Source: Setoptus koraiensis (taxonomy: Eukaryota > Animalia > Arthropoda). From it: a DNA stretch of 64,000 bases. Below the pieces are notes generated by a model that was given only the letters and a program-made list of their open reading frames with translations, was not told the DNA's origin and did not search any database. The stretch is from the NCBI GenBank assembly GCA_048013815.1, contig CM106586.1, positions 13,578,001 to 13,642,000 on the forward strand. The letters are read 5' to 3'. Made by a program: the position numbers and the translations under genes. Within the stretch, counting starts at the first letter, position 1. Each line of letters begins with the position of its first letter. Of this stretch, positions 13,161 through 28,000 are shown piece after piece.

Positions 13161-14911
13161 GCCCTCGTGTGCCCTTGTGAGCGCCTCTTTTCAGTCTTAT
13201 TTATTGGCGCGCATATTGCAAATTGCATTTTGCAAGTTGCGCGCCGGACATTGAGCGCACGGGCCAGGGCAGAGGCCAAGTGTGGACGCGCTGCGGATTG
13301 AGCGCCAGTGTGCGGCGGCGGTGCTCACTGAAGCTGCAACGAGATGAGAATAAAACAAATACTTTGCGCGGCGCCGGGCCCCATTCGCGTGGCCCGCGCG
13401 GCATTAATGATGTCGCCCCAAGAATTCCTCTGCCGGCTCGCCGGCCTGTCAGCCTGGCCGCCAGCCAGCCAGCCAGCGCGCCACGACCGAGGGCGCCAAG
13501 ACCGGCCACTCAATCACACAAACACACAAACACACAATGCTGGCTGGATAAAATGCTGGCTGGGGCCCGGTCATTAGTGTGAAACCGTTAGTTGCATTGT
13601 CTGGCGCTGCTGGCAGCGGTGCGTTGCCGTCTGGGCGACTTGTATCGCGCGGCGGCGGGCCGGAGCGACGGCTTGTTAGTGCCAATGTCAAGCTTGGTTT
13701 GCTTTGTTTACTCTGGGCGCTGGGCGCCATTGAGCTGTGGGTCGTTGTTTCTTTTGTTAGTTTGTTAGTTTGCTGTCGCTGGCGGTTGCTGTTTCTATTT
13801 TATTTTGTTATGTATGTTTATTGTCGTTGATCTTGCCATTTAGCGCCAGGCACACGACAAAAGTCGTCGGGGGCCCCCGTTGCCGACTCGACGATTGTGT
13901 CCGCCAATTGGGCCCGTGTGCTCAGCCGTGCTAACACGCGCCTGACACAACTGGCGACTAACGAGCCGGCGCTACCTAACCAAACAACTGTTTGGCAAAC
14001 TGTTTGTTGCAAACACCAGCGGGGCCTCATCAATTCTCACACCGCCACTGACACCATTTATCTATCTGTGCGTTGGCGCGTTTGCGGCCGGTCGCCCGCT
14101 GCCCGTCGTCGGCTTCCTGTGTCACTTTTCGCTGATTTAGAACGGGGCCCGTCCCCTCGGATGTTTCGCTGCCACCAGCATCTTTGAGACACTCGACCGG
14201 CCGCTCAACTTGCGCCAGCTTGCACGCCCACGCCCGACAACCGGCGTTAACCGGTGACTGGTGATTGAAAACGATAATTGTGACAAGCCAGCAATTTATT
14301 AATTATTTATTTGCACTGGCCACCGACATATAGAGGCATATAGAGCGTTTTTTCGTCACTCGCTGCTATTGTCGCTCACTCAACAATATGCACAACAAAA
14401 ATACATGACAATTTGCACAATTGCGCGCCTTTTTACCCACTTCCGGTATCATTGGTATTTTGTTCATTAGTGTCTGGTGCAGTCACTGCATAACAGTGTG
14501 TGCTGCAGTGAGTGTGCTTATGTAAGACGTGTATGCGAATGTTACGTAACGAGTTTTGTTAGTATTTTGATCGCGCTTGTGTGTGTTATCGGCCGGCGAA
14601 ATCATGACAATTTCCACGGACAAACACGCCAGCAAGACACATTGGTAAAAATACGAGCATAGATATATCCAAGATGTGAGTTAATAAGCTTGTAAATAAC
14701 GTGTACACAAAATTGGTTTGCCGATACACAAGATTGGCCTGTTGTGGCTAGACACACAAAATAAACACATACACACATGTATGTATATTTATGATAAATG
14801 CAAACACCGCATGCACACACATGCACATCCGACTCCACTTCCGGCCGCCACCCGTATCTTGTCGGTGTCGTTGAAGTTGTTGCGTCTTGGCTTGTTGTGT
14901 GGCTTTGTGGA

Positions 14912-15000
14912 CACAACAACAACAGCAACAACAACAGCGACAACAACAGCAACAACAACAGCGACAACAGCAACAACAGCAACAACAGCGACAACGACAT
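14912..15000. repeat. (CAA/CAG/CGA)n trinucleotide tract
   Basis: Read directly. Confidence 0.9.
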
Positions 15001-16380
15001 TGCTTTGAAATTCTCAAGCCAATGCTGCATCTTGCAGGGATGGCGGGCCTCGTGCATCGGGCCGGCCGGCCATTACTCTTCTTATCTGCTCCTCTCATAT
15101 GCGGCCTCAACAAGCAGCCGCGCTGATAGAGTGCAGCTAATGTTATAAATATAAATAAGTAAATGGATTATGTAGCAGCACATTTAGACAATAAAACAAC
15201 AACAAGATAAAAAGCAAAGATAAAAAAGATACAACTTACAATAGTGGAGCAGCACATTTATCTAGGTTAGCGGGCAAGCTGGCGTCTTGGCGATACTGGC
15301 ACCGGCCTGCTTTAAACAAAACTAAAAATAAGAATAAAATCCAGAACAGAAATTAGTTTAGACATTAGTAAGCGTTGCGCAACTATAATGCCCGCTAATG
15401 GTATAATGGCGCCCAAAGAGAGAGTGGGCCCCAAAAGAGGCCAAAGAGATTCACTTATATTTTCGATTTGCTCGCTCGATTTTCGCGCTGTTACTTGCTA
15501 CTTTCTGTGCTGCTGTTGCTGTTGTTGTTGTTGTTGTGCTGCTGTTTGATGTAGCAAATTTTATTATTTATTATTATTATAAACTTATTTAAATGACTGA
15601 ACACGATGTTGCCCCAAACAACAATTGAGGCCCGTGAGCTGTTGTGCGCGGGGTCGCTCAGCATTTTGGGGGTGGCGAGCAAAAGCGCAAAGCCACAATT
15701 TGCTGGTCGTGTTGCCAAATGGCGTCTGTTGTGACTCACTGAGGCCCGTCACTTGTCTGAGCAGCGAATCGTTTTGAGTCGAGTAGAGTTGAGTTGAGTT
15801 GTGTTGTGTTGCGTTGTTGTTCAGTTTAGTGGCCGATGATTGATGAATTATTCGTACCTGATGACGCTGCCAGCGGGCCCCACATGCGCCAAGTAACAAC
15901 GCGCCAGCACCGCACCATTGGCACTTACAACTGGCTAAACAAGCCGCTGAATAATCTGCTGCTAAATAATTCAATGAGCTTTAGTGCGTGAAATAATTCA
16001 GTTGAGTTCACAGGTAAATAAAGAGGCTCCCATCAATAATTGTATTAATGAGATACACAGACAATTGAGTGAGTGTATTGCGCAAACAATTGTTTGTTTG
16101 TTTATTTCCCTGGCTGCATAATAATAACTGCAATAATAACGGTTAATGGTGCAACGAGGAAATAAGAAATTTGTTGATTATGTGATCAACAAAAATTAAC
16201 TATTGCCACACGTCCATATATCTATATATCTATATATCTATATATCTATATAGATGTGCAACCACTGGCGGTGTTGCGTTGCCCCCGGCCCATGGGCCTA
16301 TGGGCCTATGGGCTGTCCGCCGGGCTGACCATTGCCACCAATCGCATTGCGCCATTTTGTTTACCTTCTCTCTCCTCCCC

Positions 16381-16560
16381 GGTTCTCCCCGGTTCTCCTC
16401 GGTCCTCCCCGGTCCTCCCCGGTCCTCCCCGGTCCTCCCCGGTCCTCCCCGGTCCTCCCCGGTCCTCCCCGGTCCTCCCCGGTCCTCCCCGGTCCTCCCC
16501 GGTCCTCCCCGGTCCTCCCCGGTCCTCCCCGGTCCTCCCCGGTCCTCCCCGGTCCTCCCA
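16381..16560. repeat. (GGTCCTCCCC)n minisatellite, 18 units
   Basis: Near-perfect 10-mer array. It explains the overlapping shadow ORFs in the track. Confidence 0.95.
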
Positions 16561-19500
16561 CCAATTGTGCCAAACTGGCGCCAATTCACGCCCACCTCCC
16601 TGATTAGCGTCCAGTTTGAGCTGGGCCCCCGCCATGGGGATCAATGTCGCGTCAGTTGTGAGAGGCAGCCAGCGAAATGACGGCGCCACACATTTAATTT
16701 TTCTGATATAAAGCGCAATGGTGAGATTATTATTTTGATTTGCATGGACTATTATTATCATGCATATGCCATGCATATGCATGCGGCGTCTTGACTCACA
16801 ACTCGTGACTCACAACTCGTGACTCACGTGACGAGTCGTGCGTCAAACACGGATCAACGACCGTTTGAAAGACGCCATCAGCTGAGCTGAACTGTCAATC
16901 TGTTCAGCGGTGCCTGGCGGTCAGGTGCGCAAACTGATGTGAATAAAACTGAGCTGGTTGCTGGTGCGCCAGATTGTTGGCGAGTCGACAAACTTGTGAA
17001 TGGGAGCGTGCCTAAGTTGTGGTGATTAAAATCAAAATTACAGCTGCCAAAGTATTGATACATGCGCCCCAGAGATGACAGGCAGCGCAAACAGTGTGAT
17101 AGGCATGCGAGTGGGCACATTTGACCTGTTTACTGGGGGGCGCTGTCACCTTTTGATTTAACTGGCTTTGGTTGTCGCTTGTGTTGGTCATCGCACACAC
17201 ACACACAATCTAGTAAAGGGGAGAAAATAAAAGAAGAAGTGAAATAGCCAGCACGCACAAACATTTACATCCGACACGCGCGACACACACACAACAAGCT
17301 TGGCAAGCTAGCGCAAACTGACAGACTGCCAGCTTGCCAGTTAGCGATCAGCTGACAGGCTGGCAAGCTTGGCACAAGTGGCGCCAAGCGAGCTGGTGGC
17401 CAGCCAACACTAGACAAGCTTGCCAAAATTGTGTGGTGTGTGGCGCTGGTGAGCGTGGTGGCACAAAACGAAAGGTTTCGTGTGTTTGGCATGTTTGCAC
17501 ACGAGCGAGCACGTACACACTCGCCGGGTACGTAGTGGCCAGTATGTACGGTTTGTTGTGGCCATGATATACATATCGTGTGTATATGTTATATCATGGC
17601 CAGAACTGATTGTTATTATTTTCATTATTATGATGGGCAAACTATCATTGCATTGAGAGCCATTGGCACGTATCTTGGTCCCTCTGGCCGGCATGTCCGG
17701 TAGTTGGCCAGCTCGCCCAATAGCGGGCGCTCCAGTTAGAATGGTGGCTGGGCAAACATGCAACTATATGCAACTACATGTTTGTGTGTGTGTCGCAATG
17801 CTGCATTGTTATATCGAGATCCACGACCCAAACTGACCAGCTGACCACTTCCGAGAAATAACGGTCTTGTTTGTGTGGCTGTAGGCACCGATGGGCACCG
17901 ATGGGCACCGCCAACGCCGCACAAACAAAACAAGTGCCCAAGCGGCCGACGAGCGCATTTGTTTCGAGCAAAGTGACAACGCACACGCACAGCAAACAAG
18001 CGTCTGGCGAGCATATTGTCCTGCACGAGCTCGCCACGAGCTCGCCACGAGCCCGCAAGTGGGCCAACAGCTGATCGGTTTATTATTGTTATCATCATCA
18101 TTATTATTATTATTACTATTATTTTAGAGTCGGCGTTGGTAGTTCGCTCGGTTGGCAGTGTGTCCGAATGAGCGCCGAGAATTGATTCAGCGCATCGTTG
18201 CCATCGACGGCCAGCCAGTTGCTGTACGGGTTTACCTGAGTTGGCGAACCCGTAAAGCTAATTAACTATCGGCCTGATCAACTTGACAGTATCGAGTGGG
18301 CGCTAAAAGCGCCAAGTAGCGGCCAACACCGTACACATTTGTTGGGCTGACCTGATTCGATGTGTTTGAATTGAGTGACTCGAGCCCGGCACTTGCCAGC
18401 GCCCTCTGACACGGGGCCACACAAGAGAGAGAGAGGCCACAAGATGATCAACTATTTCGTTGTAGTGACAGCGACACGCAACAACAACAACAACAACAAG
18501 CGCCCCGTTATCATAACCTTACATAGCGGCGTTACGTAACCTGGCGAGCCAACAACGGCAACAACTGGCCATCGCGCCGTAATAATTTTCGCGCCGCCAG
18601 AGCACGCGTCAGAGCGGGCGCCCCAGTGCGCGCTATTCATCAATGCAAGCGCGTCAAAGCCAAAGCTGTGTGTGTGTGTGTGTGTCATGCTCACCCGATG
18701 GTCCAGTTTAAACAGTTTCGACAGGTGAGCTGGCCGTGTTGTTACTGCTAGCACTATTGCTATTATCATTATTATTACTATTATTATATAACATAACGTG
18801 CCATATATAATGTATGGCACGTTATGTAATATAATTGCTAGTGTATGCACTGCCGCCGCCGCCACCGCCGCAAACATAGAGAGTGGGCATGTTGTCAAGT
18901 AAATACAATTACGCGCCCGAATTGCACATATCGCACACTGGTGCACAGGGCCAGTGTGTTGCGTAACCATATATTGTGTTATTATATATGTATGGTGTGC
19001 ACACTAGTGGCACATTGCGAGTCTCTCTATCTCGGCTATCTCGGCTATCTCGGCTATCTCGGCTAGCGCCAGCCAACGGCCAACGTGTTTGCACGTGTTT
19101 CGAGCTGAGCTGTCTCACACTGGCCCGCTCGCTCAATCTCTAGCTCGCCAGCAGGTAACGATGTAACAGCACGCGCACTTGATTCATTTACCTGCCTTCG
19201 CTGGGCTCGTGTGTTACAGAGTAACCGCGCTTTGTGTCAATACTTGGCTGGTGCTCTATGGCTCTATTGTTGGCGCTCCAACGTTCCAAAGTTACGTAAC
19301 GCACACACACACACACACGTAAATACACGGGACGTGGACGTGTGTGCAGAGTGAGCGGCCAATTGCAAAAATTAGACAAAAGTTAGCCAAATAAACGGCC
19401 AAATATGGCTCATGTCGCTTATAAATCAAACTACTACACCTACCTACTCAATTGTGGACATGCTGGCATGCGACGAGTGAGCGCCGTGCAAAGCGAATTG

Positions 19501-20544
19501 TGCACAATGGACAAAAAGCACAAAATGGACACAACACAAAAAAGGGGCCCCACTTGCCCACTGTTCTGTCCGGCACCAGTGAGCCAGAATATTTCATCAT
19601 GCACTGTGCACATTTTCTGGCGACAGCATGCACGCGCGCGTGCTACAAATTGAGGCCACCAGAGCCAGTGCATTCGAAAACGACACGTATTCTTGCATGC
19701 CTGTTCAACTATTTCTACTATTTTTTCAAATAGTTGCAACGGATATTTGAGGCAACAATTGATCAAGTCACAAGATGCTGGCTTGATCAATCGGATTGGG
19801 CCCCTCGCTCACAATAACGCCACATCTTTTCGCCAGTGGTCACTTTTGAGTGAAAGGTTTTGACTTTGCACAATTTATTACAATTTATACAGTTAATGAG
19901 TCATGCTCAAATTACGCACAATTGATGGTAAAAACACAACTGTCCATACTGTTTGCAAGTATGGTTAGACAGTGTTGTGTTTAGCGCGACAAACAATCGA
20001 GTTGCATGGCAAAAGTAATCAACAAATACAATTTGTATACTGTGATGGGCCAATTGTATACAACTTGCACTTAAACTTATCACTTTTGCAGCTCACCGAC
20101 ACCCAATGCAATGTTACCGTTACATACTGTGGCTATCATTGACACGATGAGCGCAAAGTCGTCTCATGATACAAGTGACCCATAGAAATATATACGCGCT
20201 GCCATGCTATAACTGTCATATATTATATAATATTGTATAGTTATATACAGGCGATGTGTTATGAGAGTCATATAAGTGTTGCTCGCTGGAATACAAATGA
20301 GGCCAGTGGACAGTTATTACAGTGCCATTGACAATAATCTCGGCTGTGTCGCATATGCGCTCACTCTAAACAAACAAACATTGCCAACTAGGTGCCACAC
20401 AAACGGGCCCCATGTCTCAGCGGCGCCAGATTGAGGTCAGCAGCGAATCAGAGTCACACTGCATCTGCATAATGCGCGCAAATGTGCCAAGATTGTCGAG
20501 GTCGAGGTTTTTCTTGGTCTCATTTGACTCATATATATATATAT

Positions 20545-21396
20545 TTGATAGTGCATCTAACACCTTGCACAAGCAAACAGTTTCGTGCTCATTTAATCGG
20601 TGAAAAACCGTCGAAATCTTGTTGCCGACCAGCAGACAATTGTATTGCATATTATTGGTTCGTTTCTTCGCTTCGGGGAACCATTTCAGGATTTCTGGTC
20701 ATTTCCAACGCTAACCACTGACACTGATCACCGCCATCTGCGGCCATTGGTCAGCCTTCGACCAAGTGCGGCGCAGATGGCATGTTACCCGTGGGTACAC
20801 TTGCGGCTTGTAGATGACGCTGAAACCGATAAATTACTCAGAACTCTATCTGCACCGCTGAGTAGGTCCAAAACCGATCCAATGTCTCATTTCAGGACAC
20901 GAATTGGAAACAAAAAATTTCGGTGCAACCGAAAAATTGACAAACTGAAAAAATGAAAAACCGGAAGTAGATCGACGAGCGATACAAAGCTGGCTGAGCT
21001 TAAAAAAAGACAGCTGATTCATTGTGGTCATCGGCGAAACTACAACACAACTCGTCAGTCTGAGTGGACGCATGAACACATATGTATATTTGCAATGATC
21101 CTTTTTGCCGATAAAACTCGACAGATGAAGCTCGACATAATGAGGGGCGAAATTTTTGAAGAAGAATGAAATCTCTCGAAAATTTGTCCGCCTTTGGTGT
21201 CGAGCAGCTACTCGATATTTTCAAGCTGGAATCCGCTGTTCGGACAAAGCAAAACGTTCATTTCGGACTGATTTTTCTGGGTTGATTTTTTCGGACTGAT
21301 TTTTTCGGGTTGATTTTTTCGGACTGATTTTTTCGGGTTGACTTTTTCGACTGATTTTTTCGGGTTGATTTTTTCGACTGATTTTTCCGACCAGTG
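20545..21396. mobile_element. TE-like patch with alternating TnCGGACTGA / TnCGGGTTGA subterminal-type repeats (21262-21390)
   Basis: Composition differs from the surrounding intron (A/T runs, no GGGCCC), and there is a roughly 30-bp higher-order repeat at the right end. No matching TIR or TSD found, so boundaries are approximate. Confidence 0.35.
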
Positions 21397-21540
21397 ACTA
21401 TTAGTCAATTGCGCATCCACTATCGCACAAAGCTCAAATTAGAGAAAAAACCGACAACGATCATCTTGTTCGCATTATTTGCTGACGCAATTCATCTCGC
21501 CATTTATATCCATATCTATATATTTATCCATTATTTACAG

Positions 21541-21975
21541 GCACTGGTTAACTCTGGCAGTGCAGACGAGAAGAGCGCCGAAGATCGTCTACTGGAGTTG
21601 TTGGACCAACTGGAGGAGGCTATCACCTCGATAGGCCAATCGGGTTTATTTGAACAAAATCTGAACCAACAGATAACCACGTCGGAACGGGCGGCATTGT
21701 TATCGGGCATTGATGAGGTGAATCAGGTTCGAGCCAGATCGGCGAGACAACAGTCTGTGTTGCAATTAGTCTATAATAAACTGCACGAGGCCAATAAATT
21801 TTTTGAGGACCGCATGGGCGCCCTATCGTCGAACAGCGGCAACAGTAACAGCAACCAGCAAAACAGCGGCACAATTCCAATTGGGGCCAGTGGGACCAGC
21901 GCAGCAGCGGCTAATTCGCCATCTAGACGCAATTTATCATCGACTTTCGACAATTTCATGCAGCGTTCCTCGAAG
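21541..21975 (+). CDS. PDE3: PDE3 exon 2 (helical N-terminal region)
   Basis: Acceptor TTACAG at 21540, open frame ALVNSGSADE...QRSSK, donor AAG|GTAACT. Phase 0/0 joins to RLKRASG as in PDE3A PK|RLRRS. Confidence 0.7.
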
Positions 21976-23206
21976 GTAACTACCATGGCCACATTTGCCA
22001 TAATAGTAATAATCTATTCTCTTTTGGTTGCTGTTCTTTTTTCGTTTCTTTCCAGCCAAACATTGTGTTGTTTTGTTTGCCACCCACTTGGGCTCCATTT
22101 ATTTAATTAACCTGATTCTCATTTGGTCGCTCGTTCGCTCACTTGTTTCGTAGTCTCGCACACTTTGCTAAATCAATGTTATCTACACCCGACAACCATA
22201 CAGAAAAATACGCTCTGTTGCCAGCATATACAACATTGATATTGCACCTTCTCTTTTCCAAATTGCTACCTAAAATCAAGCTAGCCAGACAATGAGTCAG
22301 ACAGTGTAATGGGCAGGCACGTAGCTGGCGGTTTCGAGCGATAATGTATGTGTGTTCGGTTGCAGTTAGTAAGTTAATTCTCACTTGATTAACTTGCTGA
22401 TTTGTGCCACTACAAGTGCCGCTACGTCGTTAGTGGCTCGTGCTCGTGCAGCCTCTCAGGCTCTCGTGGTCTAGTGGTCGCTGATTGAGCCGACTAGATG
22501 TGGATATTAATCAAGATACCAATCAAGATATCAGAGAACGAAAAAAAAAAACAAAATCAAAGCTTGCCCATCGTGTTCGAGCGCTCTCTCCCTCCCCCAC
22601 AAAAACCAAAAAGATACCAATCAACTAAATTAATATTTGACCGATTTCTGGTGCACGCTTTGTTCTCGTGTAACCTCAATTGAGAAACCCATCGATCGAG
22701 TAATTCAATCTTGTCCGTCTTATTAGATTAACGGTTTCGCTCTGCCGACCTATCTCTACCAGCAAACCTATCTTTATATATGGCATGTTTAGCCGGATTC
22801 ACGCAAACAGTTGCTAATGAACTGAATGCGAAACAGTTGCGCTGCCACACAAAAGTCAATTAGCCGTCATTTTATTTTGTTGTACCACTCAATCCACTTT
22901 AGTTCAGTCCAATTTAACTCAGTTGAGTTCAATTTAATTTAATTTAATTCAACTCAATTCAATTCAATTCAATTTAGTTCGGTTCAGTTCAATTGTGTCG
23001 CGAATGTTTATTTTTGCCGGTTTGTTACTAAAATGGCCGCCCGAAATTATTTAGTTGCTCGTTGACTACTTTGAAAGTGGGTCTACAGCTGGCGCTTTTA
23101 GCTAAAACTCGCCATGAAAAAACTCGCCAACACTAACCTTTCAACACGTTTGATACATTTTGAATATGAACCAAAAACGACGCCATTTGCAACATGCTCT
23201 ATTTAG

Positions 23207-23612
23207 CGACTAAAGCGGGCCTCAGGAAACACTTCTCTAGACTCTGGCGGCACAAGTGCTGCCACCAACGGAAGTGGTGGCTGTTTGCTGGCCAACACTT
23301 CCGTCGATTCGTCGTCACACAATAATAATGGGCAACCAGCAAGCGAGCCACAACAGTCGCGTCGTGCATCGTCAAATTTTACCCGCTCTTTATTGCGAAA
23401 TTTGACCAACTTATCGGGTGGTTCGTTTGACAAGTCGCCTAGTTCGTCCAATTCCAGTTCCAATCAGCAGCAGCAACAACAACAACAGCATCGTAACAAA
23501 TCCACGAGGCCGGCCAAAAGTGACATCGCAGCAAGCAAACAGGACAAGCGGCCAGGGGCCAGCGCTAGATGTCAGGATGAGCGCCGAAAACAATTGTCGG
23601 AGCAAAATAGGG
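23207..23612 (+). CDS. PDE3: PDE3 exon 3
   Basis: Acceptor ATTTAG, frame RLKRASG...SRRASSNFTRS (compare PDE3A RLRRS...RRVSSTWT), donor G|GTAAGT in phase 1. Confidence 0.75.
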
Positions 23613-25070
23613 GTAAGTTTTGTGTTTGTTTATACGTTTTTATTTGTACACTTTATTGATTCGCAACGAATTGATTCATTTGGCCTGTCGCTGTGTTGAC
23701 AGGCCATCAGCTATCGAGCAAATTATATTTTGTGTGCCCAGCCAGTGACAGACTGTCTTGCCAGCGAGTCGGTGCTAGTAATTGCATCATCGTCGCCTCT
23801 TTGGGCCGCTCAATCGGTCGCTGACAATGGCGAGGCGACCCCAGAGCAGTTAGTGCCTGCAACTTAGTAGGTCATTGGTACTACCAATTTGGTGGGTCGC
23901 GGCTATTTATACAGCTAGTGAGAGAGAGAGAGAGAGTCGGAAATCTTGGCCACTGGCTGGCTCGGCAAACAGACGGCGAGCGATGATGCGAAATCGATGC
24001 CCGAGCGGCCGCTCTCAGTGGGTCAGTGGGCCCCCGAAGAAGCACTAAGAATCGTATGATACAGCGAGACACCGCATTAGCGGAGGCCGGCGCCATTTGG
24101 ACGGTTGGCAAGTGGCGACGGAAACGAAACAACGGCCAGCCACGAGAATGACGCGTGATCTGGCACGGCAACTCGGTTAGGCGAAAATGGAGATTTACTT
24201 ATCTAATGAGATGAGATTGCGTCAGACGCTGCTCGTCTACGTGCCGCATTTCGCTGGTGGCCGCTGGCTAGGCCCGGCGAGTTTGCAATATATAATTTGC
24301 AACGACAAATACGGCGAAATAGTAGCAACAACTTTAATGACACACACACGATAATAGTAATGACAATGGCACCCGTTGTTGTTGTTGCTGCTGTTGTTGC
24401 TGTTGTTGTTGTTGCTGTTGTTGTTGTTGGCGCTGCCGTTGGCGAGTGTCGCTCGGCCAACGACAACAAGTGACGGTTATTATTTGTTTTTGTTGTTGCT
24501 CATTCAAGTGTAAAGTGGCTAGCTGGCTACGACGGCCAATCTATTGGGGGCATCTATTATCAGCGCGCTTATCCACGTAGCCAGCAACGCAGTTGCAAAT
24601 GGGGGGCCCACCGATGATAGATATAGTGCAATGCAGATGATGTGCAGATAAAGTGAAAAGTGAGCAGCTTGCCAGATTTCAATTGAACCCGCTGGCTGGC
24701 TGGCTGGCTGGCCGGTCGACGGGCCGGCTCAGAGGCAGCCAGCCAGCCAGCCAAAAATCGCTGACCAGCGGAGCCCCACACTCGAGCACAGCGGCAACAA
24801 CTGACTCATGTAACTGTTGTCGCGGGCCCACTGATACGGCCCCATACAGCCCGATAGAGCGGTCGAATTGGCTTTGATTCTCTCTATCTCTTTGATTGTA
24901 TCATTTAACTACAACTACTTCTACTATTTCAACACCATTCTATTGACGCGATGTAATATGATGTGTCGCGCAATATGCCCTGATATATATATATGCCCTG
25001 CCTATGATACGTCCCTGGCCGTGCCATCTGATCGGGGGCTCGATTTGCGATGCATAAATGATGAGTCCAG

Positions 25071-28000
25071 TGGCGACAATTTCCACCGCCAGAGATACCA
25101 ATCGAGACGAGCCCGACACTGTGTTGGCCGGCGGCCGACTAATGGCCGCAGCCAGCCACAGCGGTCAGTCAGAAGGGGCCCGTCAAGACATTGGAGGCTG
25201 TGGCCCGAACAAGACAGCGCCAACTTCAAATCGCGAGCCCGCCAACAATTTGAGCAGCTATGCAACGACCACCAGAGGCAGAGTGGCAAAATATCAATGT
25301 CGCGATGGCAACCACGACAGCGGCAACAGCAGCAGCAGTAGCAGCGACGACGACCACCACCACCACCACCATCACAGCCGCCGCCAAGCCAAGGGGGGTG
25401 CGGGCGGCGGCCCAGCGGACGACGGACAGCATATTAATCGCTCAAACAACTCGTCTGGGGAGCGCGATTTGCGCCGCGTATCGGCCGACAGCAATAAACG
25501 CAACGAGCCTTCAAAAGGCGGCGAGTCGGGGCGCGCTCGGTCGGACGGGCTCGAACAAAGCGCGCCTCGGCCCAAATTGGCGGCGGACAGCAGCGACAGC
25601 GGACAATTGCGTGAAGAAGAGGCCGCCACGAGAGGAGCCAGTGGAGGGCATAATTGTGATTTAGATGCCAGTGGCGCCGGGGCCAGCGGACAGGTAGAAG
25701 AAGACATAGATAGAGCGAGCAATAAGAGCATCAGAGGCCATTGTAGTGAGTGCGCCGATACTGCTGACATCCAATTAATGTCCACTGTTGGCGAGCGGCG
25801 CCCGCCGTGTTGCCAGTGCGGCCGGGGCGCCGCCAGTGTTGCCAGTGGCGAACCGGTCACTGGGAGAGAAAGTGGCCAGGTAAGGCCATTGATTATTGGA
25901 GCGCGAGTTGGCGCCGCGAACCAGGTGAGCGGCGAGCGGGCCAAACCAATTATAAGTTGTTCCTCGGCGACTGCCACATCAACATCAACAGCGGCGGCGG
26001 CGCTGGCAGCAACAGCAACAACAGCGACAGCAACAGCAACAGCAACAACAGCGACAGCAACAGCGAGCGGCCTCGACAATAATAGAGGGGCCAAGGGTAG
26101 AGCGGGCGCCCACAGAGCGGCGCCGGGCAACTTGGACGGAAACGCGCACGAGGACGCGCGCGACGGCCAGCAGATTAGCGGCCAGCGGCCAGCGGGTGCA
26201 TTATCAAAACGCGATCAACTGAGCAGATCGACGGTCGCCGCGACAACAATGACAGCGGCGGCAGCGGCAGCAGCAGCACCGGCCAAGGCGCCCCCAACCA
26301 GCAAGGCGAAGCAAGCGCTGCACGAGCCACCCATTAAAAGCGCCACGAGCAGCCGAATTTCGGCACCTTGCGGCCAAGCAGCCCGCCAAGACAGCGCCAA
26401 GACAGCGCACGCCATTGGTCAGCTGGCCGCGGCCCGACCAATGGCTGCCGGCCCGCGGTCGATGGAGCGGTCATGCCGACAGGTGGATGCGGCGACCCTA
26501 GGTGACAATTCCAATCAGCAGCAGCAGCAACAACGGGCCAGCCAGGTGAATCAGCGACAATTGCAGAGGTCGCTGTTGCGACAGCAACGACAACAGCAGC
26601 GCATCAGTAACACGGCCTCGTTGTTGGCGCGCTTTGCTGAGAACAAAAGCGTTGCCCAAGCGCAATATCTCTACTCTACATTGGCCACAAACAACGCCAC
26701 CACCGCTAATAACAGCAGCAACAATAATTGCGTAATCACTTCTACACAAGCAACAACAACAGCAACAACAACTACAACCGTCACGACAAGCGACGCCAAT
26801 AAATCGGCCAGCAGCGACCAGGGGGCGCAAACAAGTGGAACGTCGATCAAACCAGACGCAGATGCCGCCGACGCAACCAGAACCGCGACAACAACAACAA
26901 CAACGGCCACAGCCGCAAAAACGTCACACCAACAACAACAACAACAGCAGCAGCAGCAGCACCAAAAGGTGACAGCTCGCAGCACGGCGCCCAGACACGA
27001 CCGCTATGTCCAGCTGGCTATCAGGGCGCCCTCTATTGTGGAGGTGGACGACGATGAGGCAAGCGACAACAACAACAACGACAACGACCACGACCACACC
27101 GGCGGCCAAGACAACGCAAACAAGCAATCATCCATGACGCACCAGCAACAACAGCAATCACAACATGGCGACATGGCCCTTTTATCGGGTGGTCAAACGG
27201 GTTTGCTGGCCGCATCCGGCGATTGCAGCGACCAGGCGCCGACAACGGGCAAACAATTGAACTATGAGCATCAGGTAACGGGCAGCGAAACGACGGCGCC
27301 CGCAATTTGCGCGCCCGCCACAATTAATCAGGCGGCCCGTTTCAAGCCGTGGACGCGGAAGGGCTCGCTAATTAGCGGCCGTCCGGGTGTTGCAGCGGCG
27401 CCGGGCCAGCAGCAGCCGGCAGCAGATAAATCAATTATTTGCCCGGCCGTGGCCAGCAGCACCAGCAACAACAATGGCGCCAACAACCGACAGCAAGAGC
27501 AACAACAGTGCACAAGCGTGAAAGTGTCCTCTAACGACAACATACTGCAACAAACGAGCAACAATCAAGAGCTCGACATGAACGATCTAGACTCGGCAAA
27601 GCACGCGCTGCGAGCTCAAGGCGCCGACCTGGACACAGGTAACGGTAATTTTATAATGGCCACCAGGCGGAGGAAATCAATTCATGTGATGCACCAACAT
27701 CAGCTGCAACAACTGCAACAACAACAGCAGCAGCAACAGCAACAGCAGCAACAACAACAACAGCAACAACACAATCGCTCGGTGACTGCGTCCGTGGGCG
27801 GCCTGTTCCGGTGTAAAACAAGTGCCAGTATGACACCGTCGGCGTCGCTGTTGAGCGCCTCATCAATTGGCTCAAATCAACTTGCGTTTGCGGGATTGTC
27901 GTCTGATTGCGACTCAACAACAACAACCAGCCAAGATGCCATTCCTAGCAGCGTGACAAGCCGACAACAACGGCACAGTATTGGCAGCAACGACAGTGAC